A program made the position numbers and the translations under genes. Below the pieces are notes generated by a model that saw only the letters and a program-made list of their open reading frames with translations, ran no database searches and had not been told where the DNA came from. A stretch of DNA of 47,174 nt from assembly GCA_031411295.1 (NCBI GenBank), contig JANOAV010000211.1, positions 1 through 47,174 of the forward strand, written 5' to 3'. Positions 37,408-47,174 of the stretch are shown one piece after another (within the stretch, counting starts at the first letter, position 1; every line of letters starts with the position of its first letter). This DNA is from Verrucomicrobiales bacterium. Lineage in GTDB: Bacteria > Verrucomicrobiota > Verrucomicrobiia > Verrucomicrobiales > V1-33.

Positions 37408-39041
37408 TGGTAATTCCAGCGTTCGGAAATGGGCCGTCCGTCGCAGAGGAGGCGACACGAGAGGTCCAGTTTTTCCGTTTTAGGTTCTAATTGTATGCGG
37501 AAAATAGCACGCCAGCCACCGGTGGCGGGATTTTTTTGCATTTGTTTGTCGATTAATTTGGCCCCGCCCTCCACGCCCACCGCAGCGATGATCTGTTTCT
37601 GATCCATTTCCAGGCTCGAGGTTTGGGAGAAATCGATGACGAAGGTCATGACGCTGGGCCGTTCATCTCCCGGCGGTCGGAGTTCCTGGGTCCGCCGACT
37701 GTTGAGAACTTTGCTCAACCCGGGCGCGCCCAGATCGCCTGACCAATGCAGCAGATAGCCGAGTCGGTAGGGTTGCCCGACTTGCGGCGGCTTCTCCGGT
37801 TCCCAATACGATGAGATGTTGTCGCTATGGGAATCGGTGGCGGGTTGCTCCACCAAATGAACCGTGCCGGAAGGCCATTTTCCCACCGGGCGAATATAGG
37901 CGGTGGGCCGCAGGTGAAAGTCCTCCTCCAGATCCTGATAGCTGGCGAACTGACGGTCCCGCTGCACCAGGCCAAATCCCAAGAGTCGATCCGTCTGCAC
38001 GGTCCAATGGCGGAACGGTGGGCCGCCATCCAAGGGTCTCCAGATGGCTTCCCCTTCCGTCATGTGGATCAAAAGGCCATCGCTGGAGTGAGCCTCCGGC
38101 CGGAAATCCGGCGGCTTGGGAGTAGTTAGTTCGGTAAACCAGCATCGACTGGAGAGCGGGGCGAGCCCGATGACTTTGACCTCCTGGCGAAAATACAATT
38201 CTGACTCCACTTCCAGCGTGGTGGAAGTGCCCGGAACCAGTTTGAAGCGATAGGCTCCGCTGACGGACGGACTGTCCAGCAGAGCATAAAAGTTCAGCGC
38301 TTTGTTCACGGCGGTTGGTCGGTCGAACCAGAAGCGTTGGAACTGGGGAAGTTCCTCGCGCTCCGTGCCCGGATTCAGCACGATGGCGGAGCACGCGACC
38401 CCGAATTCCAATCCCGGAGCTCGGCCCCGGAAGCCCGTGTGGTTGGTGAACTCAAGGATGGGTTCCAGCACTTCGGCGGAATTCAGGGGAAACAAAATCT
38501 TTCCACCCGCCACCCCGGGCAGCGGTGCCAGATCGTCCGGGAGGGCTAAATCGTGGTAGTCAAAAAATTTGCGTTCAGGATCGAGCGACCGGGTCTTGCC
38601 ACCGCCATTTTCCGACCAGAGCATGGTGTTCGGATTGAGTGAGGTGGGATGGGTGAGTTCCAAAGCATAGCCGAATCCGTCGGCGGCCCAGAAAGCTTGG
38701 TCGCGACGGAAGGAAATCTTGGCAACATCGGCCGGGGTGAGGTTTTTCCAGAACTCAGCTAGCGGCCCCTGCCGTTTTACAAATGGCTTCAGCGCCAAGT
38801 CCGAGGCCAGCGCGCGGACTTGATCGAAGGTAAACGCTCCGGCCACCTTCGGTTCGGGTGCAGCGGTGGCCGCAATGGGATCGGGGACCTTCGTGCCTTC
38901 CGGCTTGGGGGCAGGTTCTGCTAGCGGATCATCCAAGCGCAGCTTCCCGTTGCCCAGCAGGGGGGAGGTTTCTTGACCTTGCCCCGGAAGGCTGGACATG
39001 ACTAGCAAAATACAAAAAGTTGCCCGCTGCGTAAAGTTCAT
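37395..39041 (-). CDS. Periplasmic glucan biosynthesis protein, OpgG/OpgD (MdoG) family, divergent
   Basis: EELPQF..FW..RP, YALLDSPSVSGAYRF.L.PG, GLAPLSS, DFRPEAHSSDGL, WRPL, GFGLVQRDR.F..YQDLE, DNI..YW, SERWNYQW. Confidence 0.88.
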   Translation of the reverse strand: MNFTQRATFCILLVMSSLPGQGQETSPLLGNGKLRLDDPLAEPAPKPEGTKVPDPIAATAAPEPKVAGAFTFDQVRALASDLALKPFVKRQGPLAEFWKNLTPADVAKISFRRDQAFWAADGFGYALELTHPTSLNPNTMLWSENGGGKTRSLDPERKFFDYHDLALPDDLAPLPGVAGGKILFPLNSAEVLEPILEFTNHTGFRGRAPGLEFGVACSAIVLNPGTEREELPQFQRFWFDRPTAVNKALNFYALLDSPSVSGAYRFKLVPGTSTTLEVESELYFRQEVKVIGLAPLSSRCWFTELTTPKPPDFRPEAHSSDGLLIHMTEGEAIWRPLDGGPPFRHWTVQTDRLLGFGLVQRDRQFASYQDLEEDFHLRPTAYIRPVGKWPSGTVHLVEQPATDSHSDNISSYWEPEKPPQVGQPYRLGYLLHWSGDLGAPGLSKVLNSRRTQELRPPGDERPSVMTFVIDFSQTSSLEMDQKQIIAAVGVEGGAKLIDKQMQKNPATGGWRAIFRIQLEPKTEKLDLSCRLLCDGRPISERWNYQWIK

Positions 39042-39535
39042 AAACTGCGAGAGGTCCGGCCTCTCAGATAGTTCAGTTTGTAACGGGGATCATGGTGGAA
39101 GCAAGGAGAAAGCCCGCAGAGTTGGGTCGTTCATCCCAACGGTCCCCATCCAGCAGGTGGGGGCCGGACGACCACTGAAAACGCAGGTCCTTTGGTGGCT
39201 TCAATGTCATCGTCTCTTACTAACTCACCTCCGCTAGGACTGAAAAACCCGCTGCATGATGAAGCAGGTTTCCCGCAGATTCAGGGAGGTCAGCAGATTA
39301 TTTTTTAAGAATGAAATCCAAACCCAAAACCCAATCTGCTGGCCTCCCTGAATCTGCTGGAAATCCCTTCTTCGAGTAAAATAGACTGCAGCCACTAGCC
39401 AAAATCTCAGGATGGTGAGGATGCTGGCAAGACGCGGGTGTTTCATAATTTAAAACATGGCGAACCAGCCAAAGATGTCGAGTAAATTGAGCTGCTGCCC
39501 GGGTAAAGCATACCGCCTGCTCCCGCTTCCCCAAC

Positions 39536-41791
39536 TCAATCAATCCACGGTCGCGCTTGTTTGATGAGGAGATCGCCATTGGACTCGATCTTCCATTCGA
39601 TCTCCATGGCGAAGTTCGTCGCGTCTCCTTTGTAGAGTGTCCGAAACTGACTGCGGATGAGGCTCATTTTATCCGCCAGCAATTCCGCCTGCGCGCGAGT
39701 GAGCACGGTTTCACCTTCTGGAATTTGATTCGAGAAGGTGACATACTGAATTTCATAACGCGTGACGCCCGCCAGTTGAGCGATCAGGAATTCTTCCGGC
39801 ACACTGTTGGGGAGCGGGTTGGTGACCAGATTCTCTCCGGCTTGGGCATTGATGTAGTAGCCAGTCCAACTTGGATCGATGAGGTTCTTCGTTACCCCCA
39901 CGCCGTTCGCCAGTTCGCCCTCGAAGTTACGGTGCACCAACACGCCCATGGCGGTGGTGAAGTGATCCACGCGATAAAAGTCCCGCTCCTCCCATGCGCG
40001 TTCCGTCCAGAGGCTGGCCCAGACTTGCTTGATGGTTTTCGACAAGTGCCCTTCATCGCCATGATGCGTGAACGAATCATACAAGCCCGCACCGCTGAAC
40101 CCCACCAAGTCCTCATTGTTGGTGCTGGAGCGGCAGCGGATACTTTGACCTGCGGGAAACGAATTTTGCAACGTCGTCAGCGCATCGAACATCCAAGTGG
40201 GGAGCGTGCCGCCCTTGATGATGGCGCGGAAGGAACTCAGTTGAGCCGACCGGAAGGCCGGATCGGTCGCGAACTGAGGTTGCTCCATCATCGTCTGCGC
40301 GACGGTGTAGAACCCATTGGCTTTCATGAATTCATCATAGAAATAGAAGGGCACGCCAGAGCCATCCGGCACCATCGTTGCGGGCAGGAACTTTCGCATC
40401 TGCGCCACGTTCGACGTCTTGGCCCCATAGGAGCGGGCGGAGGTGAAACCCAGCGTGGAGAGCGGTTTGATGGTAGTCTGTGAAAGGTCCCGCACGGGAG
40501 TTTGCTGAGTGGGTGGCCGCAGCGTATTGATGAACGCATCCACTTCGGACTGCGTCGCCTCCCGCATGGTGAATCCTTCCGCGAGCGCTTCGTAGCGCAC
40601 GTATTTTCCGAGTAAGGGAGCAATCACCGGATGGATGGCGGCATCCTTGACGTAGGCGTTCGGGGTGTTGTTTTGCTTGGCGGTGAGATTGACATGGGAC
40701 AGCGGAGTTTGTGGAATTTCGGTGATAATTCCCGCCGTGTGATTGATCGCGTTAGGCAGGCTGCGGAAAATGACGATATCCCGGGGGCCAATCGCCGTCG
40801 TGCCATCGAACACCATGAGCCTCCCGAAGCCTACGCCATCGTTGAGCAAGGTATAACTCGTCTGCCCGAACAACTCCTCCGTGCGGATCACGTGCAGTTG
40901 ATGTTTCCGCGCTGCCTCGTAGCTGGTCAACTCCGTCTTGTAGAGCGTGCGCTGGGTTTCGCTGGCGGCATGGTAGGCCAACTTCGTTTCCACAAAGGGC
41001 AGCGAGCGGGAGAGGAGATCATAAGCCAACTGCACGAAGCGATACCCCACGGGATCTGAAGGCCAGAACTCCATCGTCGTAATCCCCGGCGGTCCACCCT
41101 CCGGGGATTGATAGCTTTCGTGATAGACCAAACTCCCCGCCAGATTCTTCCGGGCAATATTGGTGAAATACGTTTCCCCATTGAAGACGCTCAGGGACTT
41201 CGTGTAGCCGAGCACACCAGTGGCGAAGTAGTAGTGGTAAACGAACTTGTTATTATTGAGCAAGTAAAGTTGGGGCGTGGCGGTGTCCACGCCCACGATC
41301 AAGAACTTCACCTCCCGCACGCCGGGCGCACCGGGGAAATTATCCCGGTGGGACAAGTCTTCGAAGACACTTCGACTGGGAACATAAATCGCGCCATCGG
41401 CAAAATTGATTGGCTGGGCCGGATTGAAGGGATTGAGCGTGGGCAAATTCAGCATTTCATAAACATCATCCAAGCCGTCCGCGTCCGTATCCAATGGACT
41501 CGCAGTCGCCACCTCGCGAACCCGATAAAATGCTCGCTGTAACACCGGCACGCAGTCGAAAAGAGTGACCCTGCCCCACGAACCCTGATCCATCGAAACC
41601 ACGGTGCCGATCCCGGCCAAATCCGGACTGCGTAACAGTTGATAGTAATTGCCGGGTCGGGCTGGCACGGTTACTTCCACTCGCTTCCGCGCATCCAAGT
41701 GGCATTCAGGTGCCGCCTGCAGCGCGCCACCCAGCGCGGCCCAGAGTAGGCAGCCGCACCGCGCAAGCAACGACGAGGGGAAGAATTTCAT
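39536..41791 (-). CDS. Signal-peptide-bearing protein with a PEP-synthase/PPDK N-terminal (ATP-grasp) domain
   Basis: YGAK.SN, RCRSSTNNEDL.GFSGAGLYDS, IKQVWASLWT.RA, MGVLV, EIEWK..G.L.IKQARP. Signal peptide at the N-terminus. Confidence 0.82.
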   Translation of the reverse strand: MKFFPSSLLARCGCLLWAALGGALQAAPECHLDARKRVEVTVPARPGNYYQLLRSPDLAGIGTVVSMDQGSWGRVTLFDCVPVLQRAFYRVREVATASPLDTDADGLDDVYEMLNLPTLNPFNPAQPINFADGAIYVPSRSVFEDLSHRDNFPGAPGVREVKFLIVGVDTATPQLYLLNNNKFVYHYYFATGVLGYTKSLSVFNGETYFTNIARKNLAGSLVYHESYQSPEGGPPGITTMEFWPSDPVGYRFVQLAYDLLSRSLPFVETKLAYHAASETQRTLYKTELTSYEAARKHQLHVIRTEELFGQTSYTLLNDGVGFGRLMVFDGTTAIGPRDIVIFRSLPNAINHTAGIITEIPQTPLSHVNLTAKQNNTPNAYVKDAAIHPVIAPLLGKYVRYEALAEGFTMREATQSEVDAFINTLRPPTQQTPVRDLSQTTIKPLSTLGFTSARSYGAKTSNVAQMRKFLPATMVPDGSGVPFYFYDEFMKANGFYTVAQTMMEQPQFATDPAFRSAQLSSFRAIIKGGTLPTWMFDALTTLQNSFPAGQSIRCRSSTNNEDLVGFSGAGLYDSFTHHGDEGHLSKTIKQVWASLWTERAWEERDFYRVDHFTTAMGVLVHRNFEGELANGVGVTKNLIDPSWTGYYINAQAGENLVTNPLPNSVPEEFLIAQLAGVTRYEIQYVTFSNQIPEGETVLTRAQAELLADKMSLIRSQFRTLYKGDATNFAMEIEWKIESNGDLLIKQARPWID

Positions 41792-41899
41792 TGCCCCAGT
41801 TTACGCTGGGATGCTAAGTGAAGCAATGCAGAATCCAGCGCTGCTCCTGAAAGCCACGGTGGATTTTGGCGCGGAGGGGAAAACGCGGTGCTGCCGTCA

Positions 41900-41995
41900 A
41901 CGCCAACGGCGTTACGTCCTTCAGCCCAGGGTTGCCCGGGCCCGGGCTACCCTGGGAAATCGAGGTCTCAGCGATGAACCGCAACGCGGTTCTGT
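41900..41995. repeat. Multi-hairpin dispersed repeat
   Basis: AACGCC-AAC-GGCGTT, CCCAGGGTTGCCCGG..CCGGGCTACCCTGGG, AACCGC-AAC-GCGGTT. Confidence 0.6.
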
Positions 41996-42085
41996 CTGCT
42001 TGGTGCTGTCGCTAGGTGCGGTGCAGCTAGACCCTCAGGCAATCATCTTGCGTTCTCCTGAATTTGCTCCTAGAAATGACCTACT

Positions 42086-42511
42086 ATGAATCCACGTCCA
42101 CCCTTGCCTCCATTCACTGAAGAAACTGCCCGTCAAAAAGTTCAAGCGGCGGAGGACGCTTGGAACTCGCGTGATCCTGAACGCGTCTCCCTAGCCTACA
42201 CCGAAGATACCGAGTGGCGGAACCGATCGGAGTTCCTCCATGGCCGGGCGGAGGTCGTTGAGTTTCTGCGGAAGAAATGGGCCAACGAGCAGGGGTATCG
42301 TTTAAAGAAGACGCTCTGGGCCTTTACGGGAAACCGGATTGCCGTGCGCTTCGAATATGAATGGCACGATGAGGAAGGGCAATGGTGGCGGTCCTATGGG
42401 AACGAGAATTGGGAATTCGACGAGCACGGCTACATGAGTCATCGCTATGCCAGCATCAATGATGTGGCCATCGAGGAAAGCGACCGTAAATTCCGCTGGG
42501 AACGGGCTTGA
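42086..42511 (+). CDS. SnoaL/NTF2-like DUF1348 family protein
   Basis: [62 protein letters not shown]. Confidence 0.9.
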   Translation: MNPRPPLPPFTEETARQKVQAAEDAWNSRDPERVSLAYTEDTEWRNRSEFLHGRAEVVEFLRKKWANEQGYRLKKTLWAFTGNRIAVRFEYEWHDEEGQWWRSYGNENWEFDEHGYMSHRYASINDVAIEESDRKFRWERA

Positions 42512-42516
42512 GCGTT

Positions 42517-43083
42517 ATGAACATCGCGTTGTTCGGCGGCACGTTTGATCCGCCCCACTTGGGCCATTCGCAGATCGCAGAGGTGGCGGTGGAGGCCTGT
42601 CGGTTGGAGGAAATTATTTTCCTGCCCTGTCATCAATCGCCCCACAAGGCCGTGCAGCCCATGGCCTCCGGCCGGCAGCGGCTGGAAATGTTGCGACTGG
42701 CCACGGCGGAATTTCCTTGGGCGGAGGTGTCCGATTGGGAACTCCAGCGGGCGGAACCCTCGTTCAGTTGGCAGACGGCGGAGCATTTTGCCGCGCTCTT
42801 TCCACAAGCGAAACTGCACTGGTTGCTGGGGGAAGATCAATGGGCCAGCTTGGATCGCTGGGCGAGACCGGAGCGCTTGGCGGAGTTGCTAACATTCATT
42901 GTGTTTCCGCGCGAGGGTCGGGCTCCACAGCCGAATCCCCGTTTTCGGTCTCACTTCTTAACAGGGCAATTTCCCGGTCGCGCCACAAACATCCGGCAGC
43001 AGATTCAAGCAGGTGAAGCCTCGGCAGAACTGGCACCGAGCGTCGCACAGTATATTGCCGCGCAGCATTTATATGAGGCGTGA
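42517..43083 (+). CDS. nadD: Nicotinate-nucleotide adenylyltransferase
   Basis: IALFGGTFDPPHLGH, SPHK, RLEML.LA, PSFSW.T, LLGED, V.QYI....LY. Confidence 0.9.
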   Translation: MNIALFGGTFDPPHLGHSQIAEVAVEACRLEEIIFLPCHQSPHKAVQPMASGRQRLEMLRLATAEFPWAEVSDWELQRAEPSFSWQTAEHFAALFPQAKLHWLLGEDQWASLDRWARPERLAELLTFIVFPREGRAPQPNPRFRSHFLTGQFPGRATNIRQQIQAGEASAELAPSVAQYIAAQHLYEA

Positions 43084-43121
43084 TCGTGAGGTGTTCGCCC
43101 GTTCTCACAAAGGAACAGGTG

Positions 43122-43183
43122 GAATGTGGAGCAGTCCGCTGGACTGCTCAATGCTTCCAGATCAGCCCAGCGGGCTGATCCAC
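43122..43183. repeat. Inverted REP doublet, family B, between convergent nadD and TauE genes
   Basis: GAATGTGGAGCAGTCCGCTGGACTGCTCA ... GATCAGCCCAGCGGGCTGATCCAC. Confidence 0.8.
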
Positions 43184-43190
43184 CTTCCGG

Positions 43191-43964
43191 CTACCCCTTC
43201 CACACGAGCAGGAACAGCGCAGAGAGGCCGGCCAACACGAGGATGACCCATTGGAAAATCTTTTGGGGAATCCTTGCGACCAACGCCTTGCCCGCCAGCA
43301 GACCAATGACCACGGCGGGAGCCTGACATAGATTTAGTGCGAGCGAACCGCCATTGATTAGTCCCAAATTCAGGCTCAGAGGCACTTTGGCAATATTTAC
43401 AAAGAGGAACAGCCAGGCCATGGTGGACACGAGTTCCTGCTTGGGGAGAGCCAGGATGAGCAGATAAATGCTGGCCACCGGCCCGGCCGCGTTGGCCACC
43501 ATGGTCGTGAGCCCGGTGAGTATGCCAGCGAACCAGGCGAAGGCGATGGAGTGGGGCCACTTGGCATCCAAGTTGGGATACAATTGACGAATCAATTGCA
43601 CTGCCAGCATCAGTAAGACCACGATGCCGACGAGCGGGCGGAACAGTTCGCGATGATCCGCCAATTGCTTCATGGCCATCCAGCCCAGCCCCAGTCCCAC
43701 GGCTATCGGAATCACCAAACGTTGAATTTGCCGCCACTGGACATTTTTTCGAAAGGATCCGGCGGCCAGCACATCAGCGAAAATCAGCAGCGGCAACACC
43801 ACGCCGGAAGACGTTAGCCCGTCCATGGCAAAAGCCGTCAGGGTGACGCCCAGCATGCTGATCCCCGCCAATCCCGCCTTCGACATTCCACTGCAGAACG
43901 CCGCCACCAGCAGGCAAAGCCAGGCCAGCGGGGAGAAGTCGGGAATTTGGAAAGTGGCGAACAA
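43191..43964 (-). CDS. Sulfite exporter TauE/SafE family permease
   Basis: GMSKAGLAG, G.VLPLLIFAD, G.TTMVANAAGP..SIYLL, F.FVN.AKVP, about 8 TM helices. Confidence 0.85.
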   Translation of the reverse strand: MFATFQIPDFSPLAWLCLLVAAFCSGMSKAGLAGISMLGVTLTAFAMDGLTSSGVVLPLLIFADVLAAGSFRKNVQWRQIQRLVIPIAVGLGLGWMAMKQLADHRELFRPLVGIVVLLMLAVQLIRQLYPNLDAKWPHSIAFAWFAGILTGLTTMVANAAGPVASIYLLILALPKQELVSTMAWLFLFVNIAKVPLSLNLGLINGGSLALNLCQAPAVVIGLLAGKALVARIPQKIFQWVILVLAGLSALFLLVWKG

Positions 43965-44103
43965 GTGATTTGGATCGTGAGAGAATAAGAAAATCGAAAA
44001 ATGAGGAGGTCTGGTAGGAGTCTCATTTTCTAATTCTCTTACTCACTCACTCTCTTTCACATGACAAGAGCGAACCCTCCGCTAATACTCCGACCACAAA
44101 ATT

Positions 44104-44832
44104 ATGTCTGATACTCCCGCCACCCCATCCGTCCCGAAACCCAAGCAAGAGAATGCGTTATTGAATCTCATGCTCAACGTCCTGCTGCCCGTTACGATCC
44201 TCAGCTACTGCAGCAAGGAAAAGGGCTGGTATGCCATCGGGCCCACCAAGGCGCTGATCGTGGCGGTGCTCTTGCCAGTGGGATACCAGATCTGGGATTG
44301 GTTCCAGCGGCGGAAGATTAATACGTTTTCCATTATCGGGATGATCAGTGTGTTGATCACGGGTGGCCTGGGGTTGATGAAATTGAACCCTCAGGCCTTC
44401 GCGCTCAAGGAGGCGGCCATCCCGCTGATTCTTGGCTTCGTCATGCTGTGGACGCACTGGAAGGGGAAACCGCTGACAAAAGCGATGCTGCTCAATCCGG
44501 ATTTGATGGATGTTAACAAAGTTGAAGCGGCGGTGGACCGTAATGAGCAACGTCCGGCGTTCGACAAATTAATGTGGCAGACGACGTTTATTCTGGCTGG
44601 CTCCTTCGTGCTCAGCGCGGTGTTGAACTACGGTTTGGCGCTGTATTTCCTGGAAGGCAAGGAACCGGGCAGCGAGGAATACACCGCCAGCATCGGCAAG
44701 ATTACCGGCTGGGGATTCCTCGTGATCGGAGTGCCCATGATGGGGTGTTTGATCTGGGCGTTCGTTCGTCTAACCAAGGGACTGCAGCGGCTGACTGGCT
44801 TAACGCAGGATGACCTTATGCTGCCGCGTTAG
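44104..44832 (+). CDS. VC0807-like integral membrane protein
   Basis: N.LLNV.LP..IL, GP..AL.VA...P.GY, S.IG.ISV..TGG.GL, A.KEAAIP, F.LSA.LNY.LA. Confidence 0.75.
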   Translation: MSDTPATPSVPKPKQENALLNLMLNVLLPVTILSYCSKEKGWYAIGPTKALIVAVLLPVGYQIWDWFQRRKINTFSIIGMISVLITGGLGLMKLNPQAFALKEAAIPLILGFVMLWTHWKGKPLTKAMLLNPDLMDVNKVEAAVDRNEQRPAFDKLMWQTTFILAGSFVLSAVLNYGLALYFLEGKEPGSEEYTASIGKITGWGFLVIGVPMMGCLIWAFVRLTKGLQRLTGLTQDDLMLPR

Positions 44833-46055
44833 CTTTCAAACGTCTGGATCACCAGACCGCTGCGCAGTTTGGGTTCGAACCACGTGCTCTTCGGAGGCAT
44901 GATGGCTCCGGCGTCTGCGATGGACATGAGCTGGTCCACGGTGGTGGGATACATGCTGAAGGCGACGGCGGCTCGGCCTTCGGTCACGCGCTTTTCCAGT
45001 TCCGCGGTGCCCCGGATGCCGCCGATGAAATCGACGCGGTTGTTGGTGCGTGGATCATCAATGTCGAGTAGCGGCTGCAGGATGCGATCCTGCAATACGC
45101 TAACGTCCAGGCTGTCCACGGGGTCGGTCACCGCAGTAGCATCCCAGGAAATGGCGCTCCATTTGCCGTCGAGGTAGAGATGCACATTGCCGGGGGCGGC
45201 AGGGACGGGATTGGTGGTGGGAGTGACGCTGAATCCTGCCGCGCGAATGGCTTCCAGCAAGGATTCCGGCGTGTGACCGTTAAGATCGCTGACGACGCGA
45301 TTATACGGCAGGATGGCCAAATGACTGGCGGGGAAAAGGACGCCCAACAGCCAGTTGTAGTCTTCATTTCCCGTGTGGTTCGGGTTGGCCTGCTTCCGCA
45401 TCGTTCCCACCCGCCAAGCACTGGCGCTGCGGTGGTGGCCGTCGGCCACATAGGCCAGGGGCACGCGGTCGAAGGCCTCCACGAAAGCTTGCGGAGCGGC
45501 TACTTTCCACAAGCGATGCGCTACGCCATCATCCGCCACGAAATCAAAGTGAGCGGGAGTGGCCAGCGTTTGGTCGATCAATTGCTGAATTTCTTCCCGA
45601 TCCCGGAAAGTTAGGAAAATGGGGCCGGTGTGCGCGCTGAGGGCATCGACCAAGTTCGTGCGGTCGTCCTCCTTCACTTTCCGGGTCTTTTCGTGTTTGC
45701 GGATGATGTCGTTCTCATAGTCCGCCACGCTGCACGCGGCCAGCACGCCGGTTTGCTTGCGACCATTCATTTCCTGCTGGTAAAGATAAATCGCAGGTCC
45801 GGCCTCGCGCACCAGAATGCCCTCAGCGATGAGTTTTTGGAGATTCGCCTTGGCAGCGGCATAGATTTCCGGGGCGTAGGGATCCTGGGAATCGGGAAAG
45901 CCGATTTCTGCGCGATCCACATGCAGCAGATTGTGCGGATGGCCTGCGGCCAGCGCCCGGGCCTCTTTCGTGTCCACCACGTCATAGGGCACGGCGGCAA
46001 CTTCAGTAACTTGATCGAGGCGAGGCAGTAGACCAGCAAAGGCTTTGAGTTTCAT
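44829..46055 (-). CDS. DUF1015 family protein
   Basis: AVPYDVV, IRKHEKTR..KE.DR, YVADGHHRSASA, MPPKSTWFEPKLRSGL. Confidence 0.9.
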   Translation of the reverse strand: MKLKAFAGLLPRLDQVTEVAAVPYDVVDTKEARALAAGHPHNLLHVDRAEIGFPDSQDPYAPEIYAAAKANLQKLIAEGILVREAGPAIYLYQQEMNGRKQTGVLAACSVADYENDIIRKHEKTRKVKEDDRTNLVDALSAHTGPIFLTFRDREEIQQLIDQTLATPAHFDFVADDGVAHRLWKVAAPQAFVEAFDRVPLAYVADGHHRSASAWRVGTMRKQANPNHTGNEDYNWLLGVLFPASHLAILPYNRVVSDLNGHTPESLLEAIRAAGFSVTPTTNPVPAAPGNVHLYLDGKWSAISWDATAVTDPVDSLDVSVLQDRILQPLLDIDDPRTNNRVDFIGGIRGTAELEKRVTEGRAAVAFSMYPTTVDQLMSIADAGAIMPPKSTWFEPKLRSGLVIQTFES

Positions 46056-46182
46056 GGAAATGGAATGGTGAGCAGGGAAAGAATGGAGCGTTACAAAGGC
46101 ACGGAGCGGCAGACCGTCAACCCGATTTCGGGGATCAACCCAGGAGACCCGGGATGTGCAAGTTGAGAAGGAACGAGTCTAG

Positions 46183-46246
46183 ACAGCAGAATGGCAGACA
46201 GCAGAATCCAACGAAGACCATTCTGTTGTCTGCCATTATGTTGCCT
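46183..46246. repeat. Long imperfect inverted repeat
   Basis: CAGCAGAATGGCAGACAGCAGAAT ... ATTCTGTTGTCTGCCATTATGTTG. Confidence 0.6.
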
Positions 46247-46362
46247 AACTTCATTTTTTGCGCCAAGGCGCTCAGCGCTTAGATTCTCCGTAATTTCTGA
46301 GATTCTCCATGCGTAAGCCCTTCCGGAGACCTATTTAGCTACCTAGCGTTTGCGCCCCATTC

Positions 46363-46680
46363 CTAATCCCGATTTTTGGTCTGGGCCATGGAGCCCGTGG
46401 CGCGGATCGGGTGGCCGAAGGGATCGTATTCGTAAGTGGCGCTGATGTCTCCCTCCGTGTCCACCAACGCCATCACATTGCCATTGCCATCATAGGCAGG
46501 CAGAAACGTGGACGCGGTGGTCACCTCCGTCACCGTGCTGGTTTTGGGGGCCGTCTGCATCTCCTGCCTCCACTCCGTCTCGGACAATAATCCACCCACT
46601 CCTTCCGCGCCCTGATAGGTCCCGCTCACATTCAAACCACAGACGTAGCTTTGCTTTAATCTTGGCACCGCCACCGCACC
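46363..46680 (-). pseudogene. Rhs (YD-repeat) core remnant
   Basis: QSYVCGLNVSGTYQGAEGVGGLL...FLPAYDGNGNVMALVD..G.ISATYEYDPFG..IRATG. It stops before the rest of the Rhs core and the DPxG motif, and there is no upstream Rhs body. Confidence 0.75.
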
Positions 46681-46932
46681 AGTAGCCGCTGCCGCGGCGT
46701 GATCCATGCGGCCGGAAGCAACAGTGACGCCGGTTTGTCGCGTGCAGGTTAAGATTTGACCATCCATGCGATGAATATAGCCGTCCATGGCAGTATCGTC
46801 AGTAGAAGCTTGCGTCCTGAGGTGGATTTGTGAGGACAAATGGTCAGGAGACGGGCCAACCGGTAGGATAAAGTGTCGCGTTGCGACAGCGGAAATCACT
46901 GCGCTCTGCCTCCTACTCTTCCTGTTGAGTTC

Positions 46933-47015
46933 CGCTGTCGCTACGCGACATGCTAGGCTTTTGGGGCGACCGTGGGCTGAAGCCCACGGCTAACGTCCAT
47001 GACCGCTAACGCGAT
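46933..47015. repeat. Multi-hairpin dispersed repeat
   Basis: GTCGC-TAC-GCGAC, CCGTGGGCT-GA-AGCCCACGG, CGCTAACGCG. Confidence 0.55.
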
Positions 47016-47174
47016 CGAAAACACCAGGGCATACCTAGTGGTTTAAATCAGCAGACTTGAAGGGTAAAGTCTACGCAGCTTTATGCGAGCGTCACTGGTG
47101 GTAAATTGCCAATCCGTGCCAACTTGCATTTGATTCCTGCGTTGCTCCCAAGCAGCCAACTCTCGCTGCATGGT

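Noticed and set aside
39234..39579. Small ORFs between the OpgG-like and PPDK-like genes
   Set aside because: No motifs or convincing coding pattern. Probably a promoter or intergenic region.
39536..41791. Housekeeping PEP synthase ppsA
   Set aside because: It lacks the C-terminal PEP/pyruvate-binding barrel and has a signal peptide, so no gene symbol was given.
1..47174. tRNA or rRNA genes
   Set aside because: None recognised by eye. tRNAscan-SE or Infernal would be needed to exclude them formally.

Overview
This looks like a Verrucomicrobiota-type chromosomal window. That is an inference from the PEP-CTERM protein, the PVC-type heme-c protein, the sulfatase cluster and the repeat families. 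1-16.4 kb: the end of an IS630 element that decapitates a secreted-protein gene, three Cys-type sulfatases, a LamG/PEP-CTERM protein, a hybrid histidine kinase, a phosphoesterase-DNRLRE protein, trigger factor and an SGNH hydrolase. 16.4-25 kb is an accessory patchwork. It holds a Y1/RAYT-like transposase remnant and low-GC orphan genes. It also holds a module made of a ~24-26 x 21-bp tandem array, a helical/FN3-like gene and a collagen-like gene. Finally it holds an integrase-less integron remnant: a tandem attI-like site, one 1.64-kb cassette, and a truncated class C group II intron inserted antisense in the cassette's attC inverse core. 25-47 kb is mostly housekeeping: PVC heme-c dehydrogenase, a 274-bp tandem duplication, Nudix, ABC permease, RNA m5U methyltransferase, fdhD, HAD, an OpgG-like protein, a signal-peptide-bearing PEP-synthase N-terminal-domain protein, nadD, TauE, DUF1015-like protein and an Rhs core remnant. 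Several REP-like palindrome families are dispersed throughout. All calls are from reading the sequence by eye. No database searches were run.
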